From Methanomicrobiales archaeon (GTDB lineage Archaea; Halobacteriota; Methanomicrobia; Methanomicrobiales; Methanospirillaceae), in contig JAAEET010000001.1 of assembly GCA_013415565.1 (NCBI GenBank), positions 1 to 63,979 of the forward strand: DNA of 63,979 bases, in the 5' to 3' direction. The position numbers and the translations under genes are program-made. The notes under the pieces are model-generated. The model was not told the DNA's origin and did not search any database. It saw nothing but the letters and a program-made list of their open reading frames with translations. Below, piece after piece: positions 55,268-63,979 of this stretch (position 1 is the first letter of the stretch; every line of letters begins with the position of its first letter).

Positions 55268-56237
55268 CCAGCCACCCCGCCGCATCTCCGGCAAAATAGG
55301 TGATGATCAGGTCGGCTCCCGCCCGCTTGATGCAGAGGAGGCTCTCCATGACCACGTTCCTTTCATCGATCCAACCCCGTGCCGCCGCCGCCTTGATCAT
55401 GGCATACTCGCCGCTCACCTGGTAGGCCGCCACGGGCAGGCCGATGGTCCGTATCGCGGCCACGAGGTCGAGGTAGAACCCGGCGGGCTTCACCATCAGG
55501 ATATCGGCCCCTTCACCGGCATCGAGCTCGGACTCCCTGACCGCCTCCCTCCGGTTCGCCGGGTTGATCTGGTAGGTGCTCCGATCCCCACAGGTGTACC
55601 CGGAATCCGCCGCTTCCCGGAACGGACCGTACAGGGCACTGGCAAACTTGGTGGAGTAGGACATGATCGCCGTATCCGTGAACCCTTCGTGATCCAGCGC
55701 TCCCCGGATGGCGGCGACCATGCCGTCAAGCATGCAGGATGGGGCAACGATATCCGCACCGGCCCGGGCATGGCTGACCGCGATTCTTGCCATGAGGTCC
55801 AGGGACCGGTCGTTATCGAGGTCGGGACCACCGGGACCGTCCGTGAGGATCCCGCAGTGGCCATGATCGGTATATTCGCAGGCACAGACATCGGTGATGA
55901 CCACCATGTCCGGGAGGGCTTCCTTGATCGACCGGACGGCCTGCTGGACGATCCCATCCGGGTTGAACGCTTCCGATGCTCCGGGATCCTTCGCGGCGGG
56001 GATGCCGAAGAGGAGAACGGCGTAAATGCCTTTCGCCCGGAGATCCTGCACGGCCCGGGCGATCCCGCCGGCAGGGTAGCGGAACTGTCCCGGTAGGGAG
56101 GCAATGGGGACCGGGGCAGCGGCAGTCTCATCCACGAACAGCGGGGCCACGAGATCGGCCTTCGAGACCACGTGCTCCCGTACCAGGGGCTGGATCAGCC
56201 TGCCCCGGAGCCTCCTCATTCTTCGTTGCGGAAACAT
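55254..56237 (-). CDS. hemB: Porphobilinogen synthase (delta-aminolevulinate dehydratase)
   Basis: [44 protein letters not shown]. Confidence 0.9.
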   Translation of the reverse strand: MFPQRRMRRLRGRLIQPLVREHVVSKADLVAPLFVDETAAAPVPIASLPGQFRYPAGGIARAVQDLRAKGIYAVLLFGIPAAKDPGASEAFNPDGIVQQAVRSIKEALPDMVVITDVCACEYTDHGHCGILTDGPGGPDLDNDRSLDLMARIAVSHARAGADIVAPSCMLDGMVAAIRGALDHEGFTDTAIMSYSTKFASALYGPFREAADSGYTCGDRSTYQINPANRREAVRESELDAGEGADILMVKPAGFYLDLVAAIRTIGLPVAAYQVSGEYAMIKAAAARGWIDERNVVMESLLCIKRAGADLIITYFAGDAAGWLDEEQ

Positions 56238-57490
56238 ATCTTCTCACCTCGGGTTATTGCGGCGACCAGCGATCGTGCGTAATCGAGGTCCCCGTCTTCT
56301 GCGCAGAGCCTGATGGAAACGGTCACATCGGAGAGGATCTTGCTCACCAGGGCCCGGGAGAGATCGTCGACGATCTCTCCGGCACGTGGATCTCCGGGTC
56401 CGAGCCGGGAGAGTGCACGGTCCCGCTCCCGCATCCGGATCGATTCCGCCCAGGTATGGAGGAGTGAGAGGGTTTCGTCGGCGACTTTCCCGTTGAGCAA
56501 CCGGACGAACTGGTGCAGTTCCGTGCCGATAAACGAGGCAGCCTGGTCTGCCGCCTCCCGCCGGGAGCTCATGGTCAGTTCGTTGATCCGCCGGAGGCTG
56601 TCGATGGTGAAGAGGTGGATGCCGTCGATCTCCTCGGCACCTTCCTCGACATCCCGCGGCTGGGCGATGTCGATAAGGACCAGGGGCCGCGGGTGGCCGT
56701 CCAGCGGCCAGCACCGGCTCAGCATGATCTCCCGCAGGTGCTCCCGGTAGATGACCGGGTGGGGGGCGGAGGTGCAGGAGATGACCACATCGGAGAGGAT
56801 CATGTAGCGGGGGAGCTCCGCCATCTTCACCGCCTTGCCCCCGATCTTCTTTGCCAGGACCTCGGCCCGCTGGTAGGTCCGGTTGGCCACGTACATCGCC
56901 GTCAGCTTCTTGGCCGCCAGTGCCTGGGCGACGAGCATCCCCATCTCCCCGGAGCCGACCACGAGGATGTGTTTTCCCTCGAGGCTGCCGAGCTGCTCTT
57001 CGGCGAGCAGGACCGCTGCGGAACCGATGGAGACCGCACCCCGGTTGATCTGGGTCTGCCGGCGGACCTCGACCCCGACATGCACCGCCTTGTTGACGCA
57101 GAGCTCGAGGACCGGGCTTGCCGTCCCCGCCTCCTTTGCCAGGGCAAGGGCATCCTTGAGCTGCCCGATGATCTGGTCTTCTCCGACGATCATCGAGTCC
57201 ATGCCTGCGGCCAGCATGAGGAGGTGGCGGAGCGCCCCGGTCCCGGTCAGCAGCGAGAAGTCTGTTCTTCCCTCCCCCTCGAGCAGGGACCGGAGGGCTG
57301 ACGCCTCGCCATGCACCAGGATCTCGATCCGGTTACAGGTCTGGAGGATCAGGACTCCCCGGAACCGGTCCCTGGCCATGGCAAGAAAGGCCTTCTCATC
57401 CGGAAACCGGAACTGCTCAAGTTTGTCGACCGTTGCCAGGTGGTGGCTGATCCCGGCGATCGCGATCGGGACATGGAGCTGCTCGTCCAT
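56216..57490 (-). CDS. hemA: Glutamyl-tRNA reductase
   Basis: ILQTCNRIEI, GEDQIIGQ, GSGEMG. Starting at ATG 57490 gives a TAATG junction with sirC. Confidence 0.9.
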   Translation of the reverse strand: MDEQLHVPIAIAGISHHLATVDKLEQFRFPDEKAFLAMARDRFRGVLILQTCNRIEILVHGEASALRSLLEGEGRTDFSLLTGTGALRHLLMLAAGMDSMIVGEDQIIGQLKDALALAKEAGTASPVLELCVNKAVHVGVEVRRQTQINRGAVSIGSAAVLLAEEQLGSLEGKHILVVGSGEMGMLVAQALAAKKLTAMYVANRTYQRAEVLAKKIGGKAVKMAELPRYMILSDVVISCTSAPHPVIYREHLREIMLSRCWPLDGHPRPLVLIDIAQPRDVEEGAEEIDGIHLFTIDSLRRINELTMSSRREAADQAASFIGTELHQFVRLLNGKVADETLSLLHTWAESIRMRERDRALSRLGPGDPRAGEIVDDLSRALVSKILSDVTVSIRLCAEDGDLDYARSLVAAITRGEKICFRNEE

Positions 57491-58110
57491 TACAGGTACC
57501 TCCTCTCGATCAGGCTCCACGCTTTATCCTCGCCCTCTTCCAGCGCCTCCCAGACCTCCCGGTCATGGAGGACGCCGGAGAGGATTGCTTTCCGTCTCCC
57601 GATCCCGGGCTCGGTCTCACGAAGGTAATGCCGGAGCCGTTCCTGGAGTTCGATCATCCGGTCAAGGCCGGGCAGGGATGACTGGAGGTATTCCCGGAGA
57701 TACCGGCTGACCGCAGGGCTCTTTCCCCCGGTGCTGATCGAGAGAATAAAATGGTCGCCCCGGATGACCGAGGGGATCAGGACATCCCCGCTCTCTCCCC
57801 GGGCATTATTGAAGAGGATCCCCTGCATCCGGCAGAGGGTACCGATCCGGTCGTTCAGGACAGCATCGGGAGTTGCAGCCACGGCAAGATATGACCCGCC
57901 CAGGAGCTGCAGGAGCGCCTCGTCGGATACCCCGGAGAGATCCTTTTCCACCAGTGATGCCCCCATGCCCGTGAAGCGGGGGGAGAACGAGCGTGAGTAT
58001 ACCGTAACCTCTGCCTCCGGACAGAAAAATCCGGCTTTCCGGGCGCCGACATCCCCCCCTCCGAAGATGACCACCTTCTTCCCGGAAAAGTTCAGCATGA
58101 GGGGGATCAT
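57490..58110 (-). CDS. sirC: Precorrin-2 dehydrogenase / sirohydrochlorin-forming enzyme (siroheme synthase N-domain type)
   Basis: KKVVIFGGGDVGARKA Rossmann motif, ~206 aa, at the head of the hem/cbi array. Confidence 0.8.
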   Translation of the reverse strand: MIPLMLNFSGKKVVIFGGGDVGARKAGFFCPEAEVTVYSRSFSPRFTGMGASLVEKDLSGVSDEALLQLLGGSYLAVAATPDAVLNDRIGTLCRMQGILFNNARGESGDVLIPSVIRGDHFILSISTGGKSPAVSRYLREYLQSSLPGLDRMIELQERLRHYLRETEPGIGRRKAILSGVLHDREVWEALEEGEDKAWSLIERRYL

Positions 58111-58283
58111 TGCTATAGATCTACCCTGTCTTTTTTAATTAAGATGTTGGAATCGAGTGGAAAATTGTACTGCGCGGCGATTCGCTGCAGGCAGGGATGG
58201 GATTCCTGATACGAAAAAGCCCTGGCGCTGTCAGGGGAGCAGGGACCGGGTACTATTTTTCCCTAGAGCGGGAAAATCCGGGT

Positions 58284-58775
58284 ATGGATCCTGCTGACCC
58301 CGAGCTCGTCGATGCGGCGAAGAACTGGCTCGCCATGGATGGCCTCTGGTTTCTCGCGGTTGAGGGGGCGTTCGGGCTGGAAAAAGCCATGGAACTGGAT
58401 CGGAAGATATGGACGGATTTCTCCCGGATCGAGGCGGAGCGGATCAAAAAACGGCTTTCATTGCCGGAACACGGCGGGCTTGACGCACTTGATTCCGCTC
58501 TCCGGCACCGGCTCCACTCCCTGCTCAACCCGTTCCGGATAGAACGGCCGTCCGGGGATACGCTCTGCTATTTCATGCTGACCTGCAGGACCCAGGACGC
58601 CCGGGAACGCAGGGGTCTCCCCCTCTTCCCCTGCCGCGAGGTCGGCCTGGTTGAGTATTCGGTCTTTGCCCGGACCATCGATCCCCGGTTCGAGACGGCA
58701 TGCATTGCCTGCCCCCCGGATGCCGGGGACCGGGAATTCTCCTGCGGCTGGAGGTTCACGCTGCCGCAGCGCTAA
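58284..58775 (+). CDS. Hypothetical Cys-rich protein (possibly DUF6125 / ATC-hydrolase-like family)
   Basis: AAKNWLAMDGLWFLAVEGAFGLEKAMELD... with C-terminal CxxC and further Cys residues. The family call is tentative and from memory. Confidence 0.4.
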   Translation: MDPADPELVDAAKNWLAMDGLWFLAVEGAFGLEKAMELDRKIWTDFSRIEAERIKKRLSLPEHGGLDALDSALRHRLHSLLNPFRIERPSGDTLCYFMLTCRTQDARERRGLPLFPCREVGLVEYSVFARTIDPRFETACIACPPDAGDREFSCGWRFTLPQR

Positions 58776-58834
58776 AATCTCCCGGGACACGAGGCTATTA
58801 ATATCCTCCCGGTGTAGAACTCACCAGGAGAGCG

Positions 58835-60274
58835 ATGTACGAACTCGTTTCCCCGGTGAACTTCAGGCTGGTGCTCCGGTACCTCGGTCTCCTGCTCGTC
58901 GGCATCGGTGCGGCAACCGTTATCCCGTTCACCATCGCCTTCTTTTTCGTCGAGCATGCTATCGCCCTGGTCTACGGGATCATCGGCAGTATCATCATCG
59001 GGACCGGCTATGCCCTGTACCGGTTTCTTCCCGACGACGAGATCCAGTGGAAGGAAGCGATGGTCATTTCAGCGCTCGTCTTTCCGGTGGCAGCCTTTAT
59101 CAGCTCCATCCCGTTCTCCCTGGCAACAAGGATGAGCTTCGTCGATGCCTACTTCGAGGCGGTGTCAGGGGTGACCACCACCGGCCTGTCGGTTGCCCCC
59201 GCGGGTGTGGGACCGGTCTTCCTGTTTGCACGCTCCTGGCTCCAGTGGATCGGGGGCATCGGCATCCTGATCATCGTCCTCTCCCTCCTGGCGCCGGCTG
59301 GGATCAGCGCCTCACGGCTGTTCGGGGCATCCGTCGGGGATCGGAAGATCAGGCCGACGGTTATCGCCACTTCGGCGATCCTTTTCGAGGTCTACCTGAT
59401 TATCACCATCATCGCTTTCGCCCTCCTGATGATCGGCGGGATGGGACCATTCGATGCCGTCTGCCACGCCTTTTCAGCCGTATCCACCGGGGGATTCTCC
59501 ACCAGGCCGGATTCGGTTGCCGCATTCCCGGGCTGGCTTGTTCCTGCGGCGATAACCATCGGCTGTGTCCTCGGGTCGGTGAATTTCGAGGTCTTCACCC
59601 GCATGGCCAAGAACCCGCTCCTCCTCTTCAGGAGCCTCCAGTTCCGGTGGTTCCTGGCAATAGCCCTGCTGGGATCTGGTGTTCTCGCCTTCACCCTCCT
59701 TGAGACCGGGAATTCACCGGGAGGCGTCATCGGGGAGGGGGTCTTCCAGGCGTTTTCTGCCCTGACCACGGCAGGATTCTCCACGGTGGATGTCGGTGCC
59801 TGGCCCGACAGTTCAAAGGCGGTGATGAGCGTACTGATGTGGATCGGGGGAAGCATGGGATCGACGGCAGGAGGGATCAAGATCCTCCGTGTCATCGCGC
59901 TCGTGTCCATCGTCCACCTTGTCTTCATCAGGTTCTTTCTGCCCCGGGAAACCGTTACCTCGCTCAAGATCGGTGAGACAACGGTCACCGAGAGCCAGGT
60001 CTTTGCCCTCGTGACGTTCCTCTTTCTCTACTTCATTATCCTCGTCGTATCTGCCATCTCTTTCATGCTGTACGGGTATTCCCTTGTCGACTCCCTCTTC
60101 GAGACCTCCAGTGCACTGGGCACGGTCGGACTCTCGGTCGGCATAACCGGGCAGTCGCTCGCCCTTCCCCTGAAGGTCGTCCTCATCCTGGACATGCTCC
60201 TCGGCAGGATCGAGATTATTCCGATTGCCCTGCTCCTGTTTCCCCGGACCTGGGTAAAACGGACGAAGAGCTGA
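58835..60274 (+). CDS. trkH: Trk-type potassium uptake protein, membrane subunit
   Basis: 479 aa and multi-TM, with repeated selectivity-filter-like segments (SGVTTTGLS, VSTGGFST, LTTAGFST, LGTVGLS). Confidence 0.85.
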   Translation: MYELVSPVNFRLVLRYLGLLLVGIGAATVIPFTIAFFFVEHAIALVYGIIGSIIIGTGYALYRFLPDDEIQWKEAMVISALVFPVAAFISSIPFSLATRMSFVDAYFEAVSGVTTTGLSVAPAGVGPVFLFARSWLQWIGGIGILIIVLSLLAPAGISASRLFGASVGDRKIRPTVIATSAILFEVYLIITIIAFALLMIGGMGPFDAVCHAFSAVSTGGFSTRPDSVAAFPGWLVPAAITIGCVLGSVNFEVFTRMAKNPLLLFRSLQFRWFLAIALLGSGVLAFTLLETGNSPGGVIGEGVFQAFSALTTAGFSTVDVGAWPDSSKAVMSVLMWIGGSMGSTAGGIKILRVIALVSIVHLVFIRFFLPRETVTSLKIGETTVTESQVFALVTFLFLYFIILVVSAISFMLYGYSLVDSLFETSSALGTVGLSVGITGQSLALPLKVVLILDMLLGRIEIIPIALLLFPRTWVKRTKS

Positions 60275-60367
60275 AGATTGTAATCCCTGACAGAGGAATC
60301 CTTAATCAGTCTTCCTCCCGTATCCGTTCATGGGACAGAACGGTCTGTCGGGAAGGATGAACGGATC

Positions 60368-61036
60368 ATGCGAATCATCATTGTGGGCGGGGGGCCGCTC
60401 GGGGTAAGCCTGGCCCACATCCTCGTGCGGGACCATCACGAAATCATCATCATCGAGAAGGATACGAACAAAGCCCGGGAGATTGCAGAAACGCTGGACT
60501 GCACGGTGATCCAGGCCGAGGGGACGAGGCCCGACATCCTGGAAAAGGCGGAGATCGGCAAGGCCGATGCGGTGGTGGCGGTCACCACCCATGACCAGGA
60601 CAACATCATCATCGGGCTCATTGCACGGACGTTCTCGGTCCGCGAGATCATCATCCGCACTGATGATGCCCGTTTCCTGACCGTGGCCAAGCAGCTGGGT
60701 TTCCGCCATATCGTCAACCCGCCCCAGACCACCTCGGTGATCATTTCCGATGCTCTGCGGGGGGTCGACACGATCGAGCTCTCCACCCTGGTCAGGGGGG
60801 ACGTCCGGTTCATGACCGCCATTGTGGGCGGGAAGCAGGAGGGAAAACGGCTGACGGCACTTGAGCCTCCCGGAAAGACCGAATACATCGGGCTCTACCG
60901 GGGAGAAACGTTCCATTTCCGCGGGGAGAACCCGGTCCTCAAAGCCGGGGACGAGATCCTGGTGATCACCACGGAAGAGAAGGGGGAACAGATCGCACGC
61001 CTCTTCCGGGGAGAGGAGTCATCCCTGCCAGTCTGA
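60368..61036 (+). CDS. trkA: Trk system NAD-binding subunit
   Basis: MRIIIVGGGPLG Rossmann motif plus a C-terminal TrkA-C/RCK_C domain. Confidence 0.85.
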   Translation: MRIIIVGGGPLGVSLAHILVRDHHEIIIIEKDTNKAREIAETLDCTVIQAEGTRPDILEKAEIGKADAVVAVTTHDQDNIIIGLIARTFSVREIIIRTDDARFLTVAKQLGFRHIVNPPQTTSVIISDALRGVDTIELSTLVRGDVRFMTAIVGGKQEGKRLTALEPPGKTEYIGLYRGETFHFRGENPVLKAGDEILVITTEEKGEQIARLFRGEESSLPV

Positions 61037-61086
61037 CGGAGATTCGATATCCTTAATACCCTTTACCGCGTAGTGTAGAGAGCACT

Positions 61087-61158
61087 GCGCCGATAGTGTA
61101 GTGGTTATCACTAGGCGTTGCCAACGCCTAAACCCGGGTTCGAGTCCCGGTCGGCGCA
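61087..61158 (+). tRNA. tRNA-Gly (anticodon GCC)
   Basis: Manual cloverleaf: acceptor GCGCCGA/TCGGCGC plus discriminator A, anticodon stem AGGCG/CGCCT with loop TTGCCAA, and T arm CCGGG-TTCGAGT-CCCGG. No CCA is encoded. Confidence 0.9.
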
Positions 61159-61251
61159 TCGTTTCTTTTCTCAGGTTACCCGGAAAAAAATACATTTTTA
61201 TCCTCCCATGGCGTGGGTTCATGTACGAATAGTCTGTCGGGGAAACGGGTC

Positions 61252-63114
61252 ATGAACCACCAGAACCACCTGCTCTGCCGGTATACAGGAGTGCTCAGCC
61301 TCCTCCTGATCCTTACCTGTATTCACTGCAGTACTGGTGCAGAGGTTCCCATAGAAGCGGTCCAGGAGTTTTCCGGATTCATTGAACCGGGCGAGGTCTA
61401 TAGCTATACCGTCCCGGGTCTCCTCCGGGGAGATATCCTGTATGTCTCCGCCATGGGCACTTCCGGAAACCTGGACCCGTTCGTCGCCGTTTCCGGTACC
61501 TCGCTTGATATCGGGAGGGTGCAGTCCGGGTACCAGGCGGCGGTTGACCGGGAGATTGCCGCCGGCCGCGATCCGCTCCTGGCCATCCCCGAGACGGCAG
61601 GCCGTTTCTTCGATGCCTGGGACGACGACAGTGGTCCCGGGTATTCTTCCGCGCTCTCCTACGAAGTACCGCGGAGCGGTGACTTCCAGGTGATCCTCTT
61701 TGACACCCCGGTCAGAGAAACATCCGGCGCATACCGTCTCCTCATCGGGATCAACGCTCCCGGCGTTCCAGACGGAACCGCCGTACCGACCGGCGACCGG
61801 ATTGCCGAGCTCAACCGATCCTATCCCGGCAATGGAGGATATGTCCAGGAGGTTGCCGGGAACCTCTCGCCCGGAAAATCCGGCGTCTTCTTGTTGAACC
61901 CGGTATTTGAAGGAGATATACTGTACATATTCCTGGAAGCCGGACCGGGCAGTATCCCTTCCCGGATCGTGCTCGAAGACTACGGGAACAAGCCCGTTGC
62001 GATCGGGGTTCCTGCCCCGGGAAGCCGGGTCATACCCCTCAAGTACACGTTTCCGGAACCGGGTGAAGGCTACCGGCTGATCATCGAGCAGTCTCCCGGA
62101 GCGAGCATGCCACTCCCGTATCGCCTTCTTGCCGGCATCAACGATCCCGGGGTGGTGTCCGGTGACGCAGAATCCAGGGGAAAGAAGGTATTTTCGGACC
62201 CGATAACCGTGTATATCGGCACCCAGCTCGACCAGATCACGGATGTCAACCAGAAGGAAGAGCACTACGGTATTGTTGCCACCATCTGGATGACCTGGAA
62301 GGATCCGGCGGTTGCCTTCAGCCCCGACACCTGCAACTGCAGTTTCAAAGTGTACCGGAGCATCTCCGAGTTTACCGGAGCAGAGGGATCCCGGTTCCCG
62401 GAATACACCCTGTTCAACCAGCAGGAACGGCGCTGGACCCAGAACGAGCTCGTCGTGGTGGAATCCGATGGCACCGTGACCTACTACGAGCGGTTCTGGG
62501 TTATCCTGCAGGCTCCGGATTTCGATTTCCGGAGATACCCGTTCGACGCCCAGGATTTCTATATCAGGGTCGACTCCCTCTATCCCGAGACCTACGTGGT
62601 CTATGCCCCCTGGGAAGAAAAGACGTCCATCGGCAGCCAGCTCGGGGAGGAGGAATGGGTGATCGTCTCATCGGATACCACTGTCAGTTCCGTCGAGGTT
62701 CTCGACACCAGTTCACGCTTTTCGTTCCATTTCGAGGCCGAGCGGCACCTGATGTACTACCTCTTCCGGATCTTCGTGCCGATCATCATCATCATCACCC
62801 TGACCTATATCCCCTTCCTGCTGGCCGACTACGGGAAGCGGGCGGATATTGCCGCGGCAAACCTGCTGCTCCTTGTCCTGTTCAGCTTCACCATCACGAG
62901 CGATCTTCCCCGCCTCGGGTACGTCACGTTCCTCGATATCATCATTGTCATGACGTTCATCGTCAGCGGATTCACCGTTGCCTACAACCTCTATCTCAAG
63001 TGGCTGGCCACCGAGAAAGGAATCCAGCTGGCCGAACGGATCGATCATATCATGGTCTGGTTCTATCCGGCGGCGTATGTCATAGCCATCATCGGTCTGG
63101 TTTTCTACCTGTAG
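61252..63114 (+). CDS. Pentameric ligand-gated ion channel (Cys-loop superfamily) homolog with a duplicated N-terminal beta-sandwich (PPC/jelly-roll-like) extension
   Basis: Loop-7 signature FDFRRYPFDAQDFYIRV. Four C-terminal TM helices (M1 LFRIFVPIIIIITLTYIPFLL ... M4 IMVWFYPAAYVIAIIGLVFYL). The N-terminal ~330 aa contain two related modules (GDILYVSA...YRLLIGINAPGV and GDILYIFL...YRLLAGINDPGV). ATG 61252 is preferred because a TATA-like ACATTTTTAT at ~61190 would place the TSS after GTG 61213. Confidence 0.85.
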   Translation: MNHQNHLLCRYTGVLSLLLILTCIHCSTGAEVPIEAVQEFSGFIEPGEVYSYTVPGLLRGDILYVSAMGTSGNLDPFVAVSGTSLDIGRVQSGYQAAVDREIAAGRDPLLAIPETAGRFFDAWDDDSGPGYSSALSYEVPRSGDFQVILFDTPVRETSGAYRLLIGINAPGVPDGTAVPTGDRIAELNRSYPGNGGYVQEVAGNLSPGKSGVFLLNPVFEGDILYIFLEAGPGSIPSRIVLEDYGNKPVAIGVPAPGSRVIPLKYTFPEPGEGYRLIIEQSPGASMPLPYRLLAGINDPGVVSGDAESRGKKVFSDPITVYIGTQLDQITDVNQKEEHYGIVATIWMTWKDPAVAFSPDTCNCSFKVYRSISEFTGAEGSRFPEYTLFNQQERRWTQNELVVVESDGTVTYYERFWVILQAPDFDFRRYPFDAQDFYIRVDSLYPETYVVYAPWEEKTSIGSQLGEEEWVIVSSDTTVSSVEVLDTSSRFSFHFEAERHLMYYLFRIFVPIIIIITLTYIPFLLADYGKRADIAAANLLLLVLFSFTITSDLPRLGYVTFLDIIIVMTFIVSGFTVAYNLYLKWLATEKGIQLAERIDHIMVWFYPAAYVIAIIGLVFYL

Positions 63115-63264
63115 ATGAGGGCCGGTACCCGGGCCGAAGCTTTTTAGTCCATGGAGGATACCCCGCCGGGAGGACAGCTGATCGTTCCGGGAGACCGGCC
63201 TCCATGGGGGGAAAGATTCTTGGGATCCCGGCCGGTATACCCTCCCAAAGGAGGGGGGTGATGA

Positions 63265-63723
63265 ATGGCAAACCTCGTTGTCAGTATCGAATTTGACAGA
63301 AAAGAGTTTCCCCGGCGGCACACCTGTGACGGGGAGAATATCTCGCCCGAGATCTTCATCGAGAGGATCCGGTCCACGTTCCTGGCGATCATCCTGGAAG
63401 ACGTGACCGATACCGATAGACGGTTCGTCCAGTGGTGTATCTGGAACATCCCGGCACGGGAGACAATCCCGGAGAATATTCCCAAGGAACCGATTGTCAG
63501 CCGGCCGTTTGACGCTGTGCAGGGGAAGAACGACTTTCATACCATCGGGTATTACGGACCATGCCCGCAGAAAGGGGAGACCCATATGTATTACTTCAAC
63601 GTGTACGGGCTTGACAGTCCTCTGGACATCGAACCCGGCTCCACGGCCGACGTGCTGAGATCGGCCATGGAAGGGCACACCGTCCAGTACGGCGGGCAGG
63701 TCATCGCCAATTACACCCGCTGA
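63265..63723 (+). CDS. PEBP-family (YbhB/YbcL, Raf kinase inhibitor-like) protein
   Basis: CDGENISPEI, WCIWNIP, GYYGPCPQKGETHMYYFNVYGLD. Confidence 0.85.
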   Translation: MANLVVSIEFDRKEFPRRHTCDGENISPEIFIERIRSTFLAIILEDVTDTDRRFVQWCIWNIPARETIPENIPKEPIVSRPFDAVQGKNDFHTIGYYGPCPQKGETHMYYFNVYGLDSPLDIEPGSTADVLRSAMEGHTVQYGGQVIANYTR

Positions 63724-63727
63724 CCTC

Positions 63728-63736
63728 TTTTTTTTT
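63728..63736 (+). terminator. T9 tract 4 nt after the PEBP stop
   Basis: tgacctctttttttttaccc read directly. Confidence 0.45.
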
Positions 63737-63925
63737 ACCCGACATCGTTATCTTCTGGAACTATAGAGAGCCTGGAGACCGGTCAGACCAGGTATCGAAC
63801 GCCTGCAGGAGATCGGATTAACTCCCCGGCACAAACGAGCCGGCCACCGGGAATGGCAGAACAACGGGGGTTTTGGCTATCCGTCAGCAGTATGTCGGGA
63901 TGGTAAAAAAGGGAAGGTTCCGGGA

Positions 63926-63979
63926 TCAGGCTTTGCACCCTTCACCACGGTAGAGCGCCCACTCCTCGCAGCTGGTGCC
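63926..63979 (-). CDS. 3' end of a minus-strand CDS that continues beyond the right edge
   Basis: The reverse strand reads ...GTSCEEWALYRGEGCKA* with a stop at 63926-63928. Only 17 codons are visible, so no family call is possible. Confidence 0.2.
   Translation of the reverse strand, partial: GTSCEEWALYRGEGCKA

Noticed and set aside
63738-63899. 8-nt inverted repeat CCCGACAT / ATGTCGGG flanking about 150 nt of non-coding DNA after the PEBP gene
   Set aside because: The arms are short and far apart, so this is compatible with chance. No ORF, structure or mobile-element feature lies between them.
61087-63979. Possible integrated element downstream of tRNA-Gly (pLGIC + PEBP as cargo)
   Set aside because: There is no integrase or recombinase gene. 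I could find no direct repeat of the tRNA 3' end downstream within the window. Codon usage of the two genes looks like the rest of the window.
1-63979. Scan for CRISPR arrays, rRNA genes, IS elements, transposases, integrases, toxin-antitoxin pairs and restriction-modification genes
   Set aside because: None was found. The only regularly spaced repeats are the coding 39-bp array (32843-33142) and the three phased octamers (30281-30368), and neither has CRISPR-like repeat-spacer structure.

Overview
This is a high-GC euryarchaeal chromosome segment, best explained as a Methanomicrobiales-type methanogen. That placement is an inference from gene content. The window has archaeal RadA, RPA, FEN-1, a NOG1 GTPase and a Fap7-like kinase. 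It also has a presenilin/SPP homolog very like the Methanoculleus PSH, an archaetidylinositol-phosphate synthase-type CDP-alcohol transferase, LL-DAP aminotransferase, small methanogen-restricted proteins after fdhD, and a large tetrapyrrole/corrinoid cluster.

I support about 70 CDS, one tRNA-Gly(GCC), one clear pseudogene and a few regulatory or terminator signals. I saw no rRNA, CRISPR array, transposase or integrase. Genes are tightly packed, and many stop/start overlaps (ATGA, GTGA) define operons.

Main blocks, left to right:
- Orphan tungstate-binding protein.
- A four-gene coupled operon: small ORF, GT2, TPR/wHTH protein, DUF2791 (BrxD-like) ATPase.
- pyrG-guaA-argD.
- hisC, Fap7-like kinase, CDP-alcohol transferase.
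- fen, presenilin homolog, NOG1 GTPase.
- dapL-lysA-RPA-radA-PGPase.
- cutA-fdhD plus two small methanogen-type proteins.
- Two-subunit 2-oxoacid:ferredoxin oxidoreductase followed by a glutamate dehydrogenase relic.
- An accessory-looking stretch at about 28-36 kb: KamA-family radical SAM, bcp, SRAP, HAD, a tandem-repeat secreted protein and an MBL-rhodanese protein.
- A bacterial-type DNA repair island: mutS-mutL, class II photolyase, MutY-like glycosylase without an Fe-S cluster.
- A 14-gene co-directional array sirC-hemA-hemB-hemL-hemC-cobA-cbiT-cbiL-cbiF-cbiG-cbiH-cbiC-cbiD-cbiE.
- trkH-trkA, tRNA-Gly, a multidomain pentameric ligand-gated ion channel homolog and a PEBP protein.

The most unusual items are:
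- the BrxD-like ATPase/TPR/GT2 operon, which sits outside any BREX context;
- a GT2 gene whose conserved N-terminus lies upstream of any canonical start codon;
- an in-frame deleted mini-GDH;
- a secreted protein built from eight 13-residue tandem repeats;
- three CCGGATCG octamers phased exactly 40 bp apart in a 600-bp intergenic region;
- a KamA homolog with Arg in place of the lysine-binding Asp;
- a DeCLIC-like archaeal pLGIC with a duplicated N-terminal domain.

All family assignments come from motif recognition by eye. None has been checked against a database.
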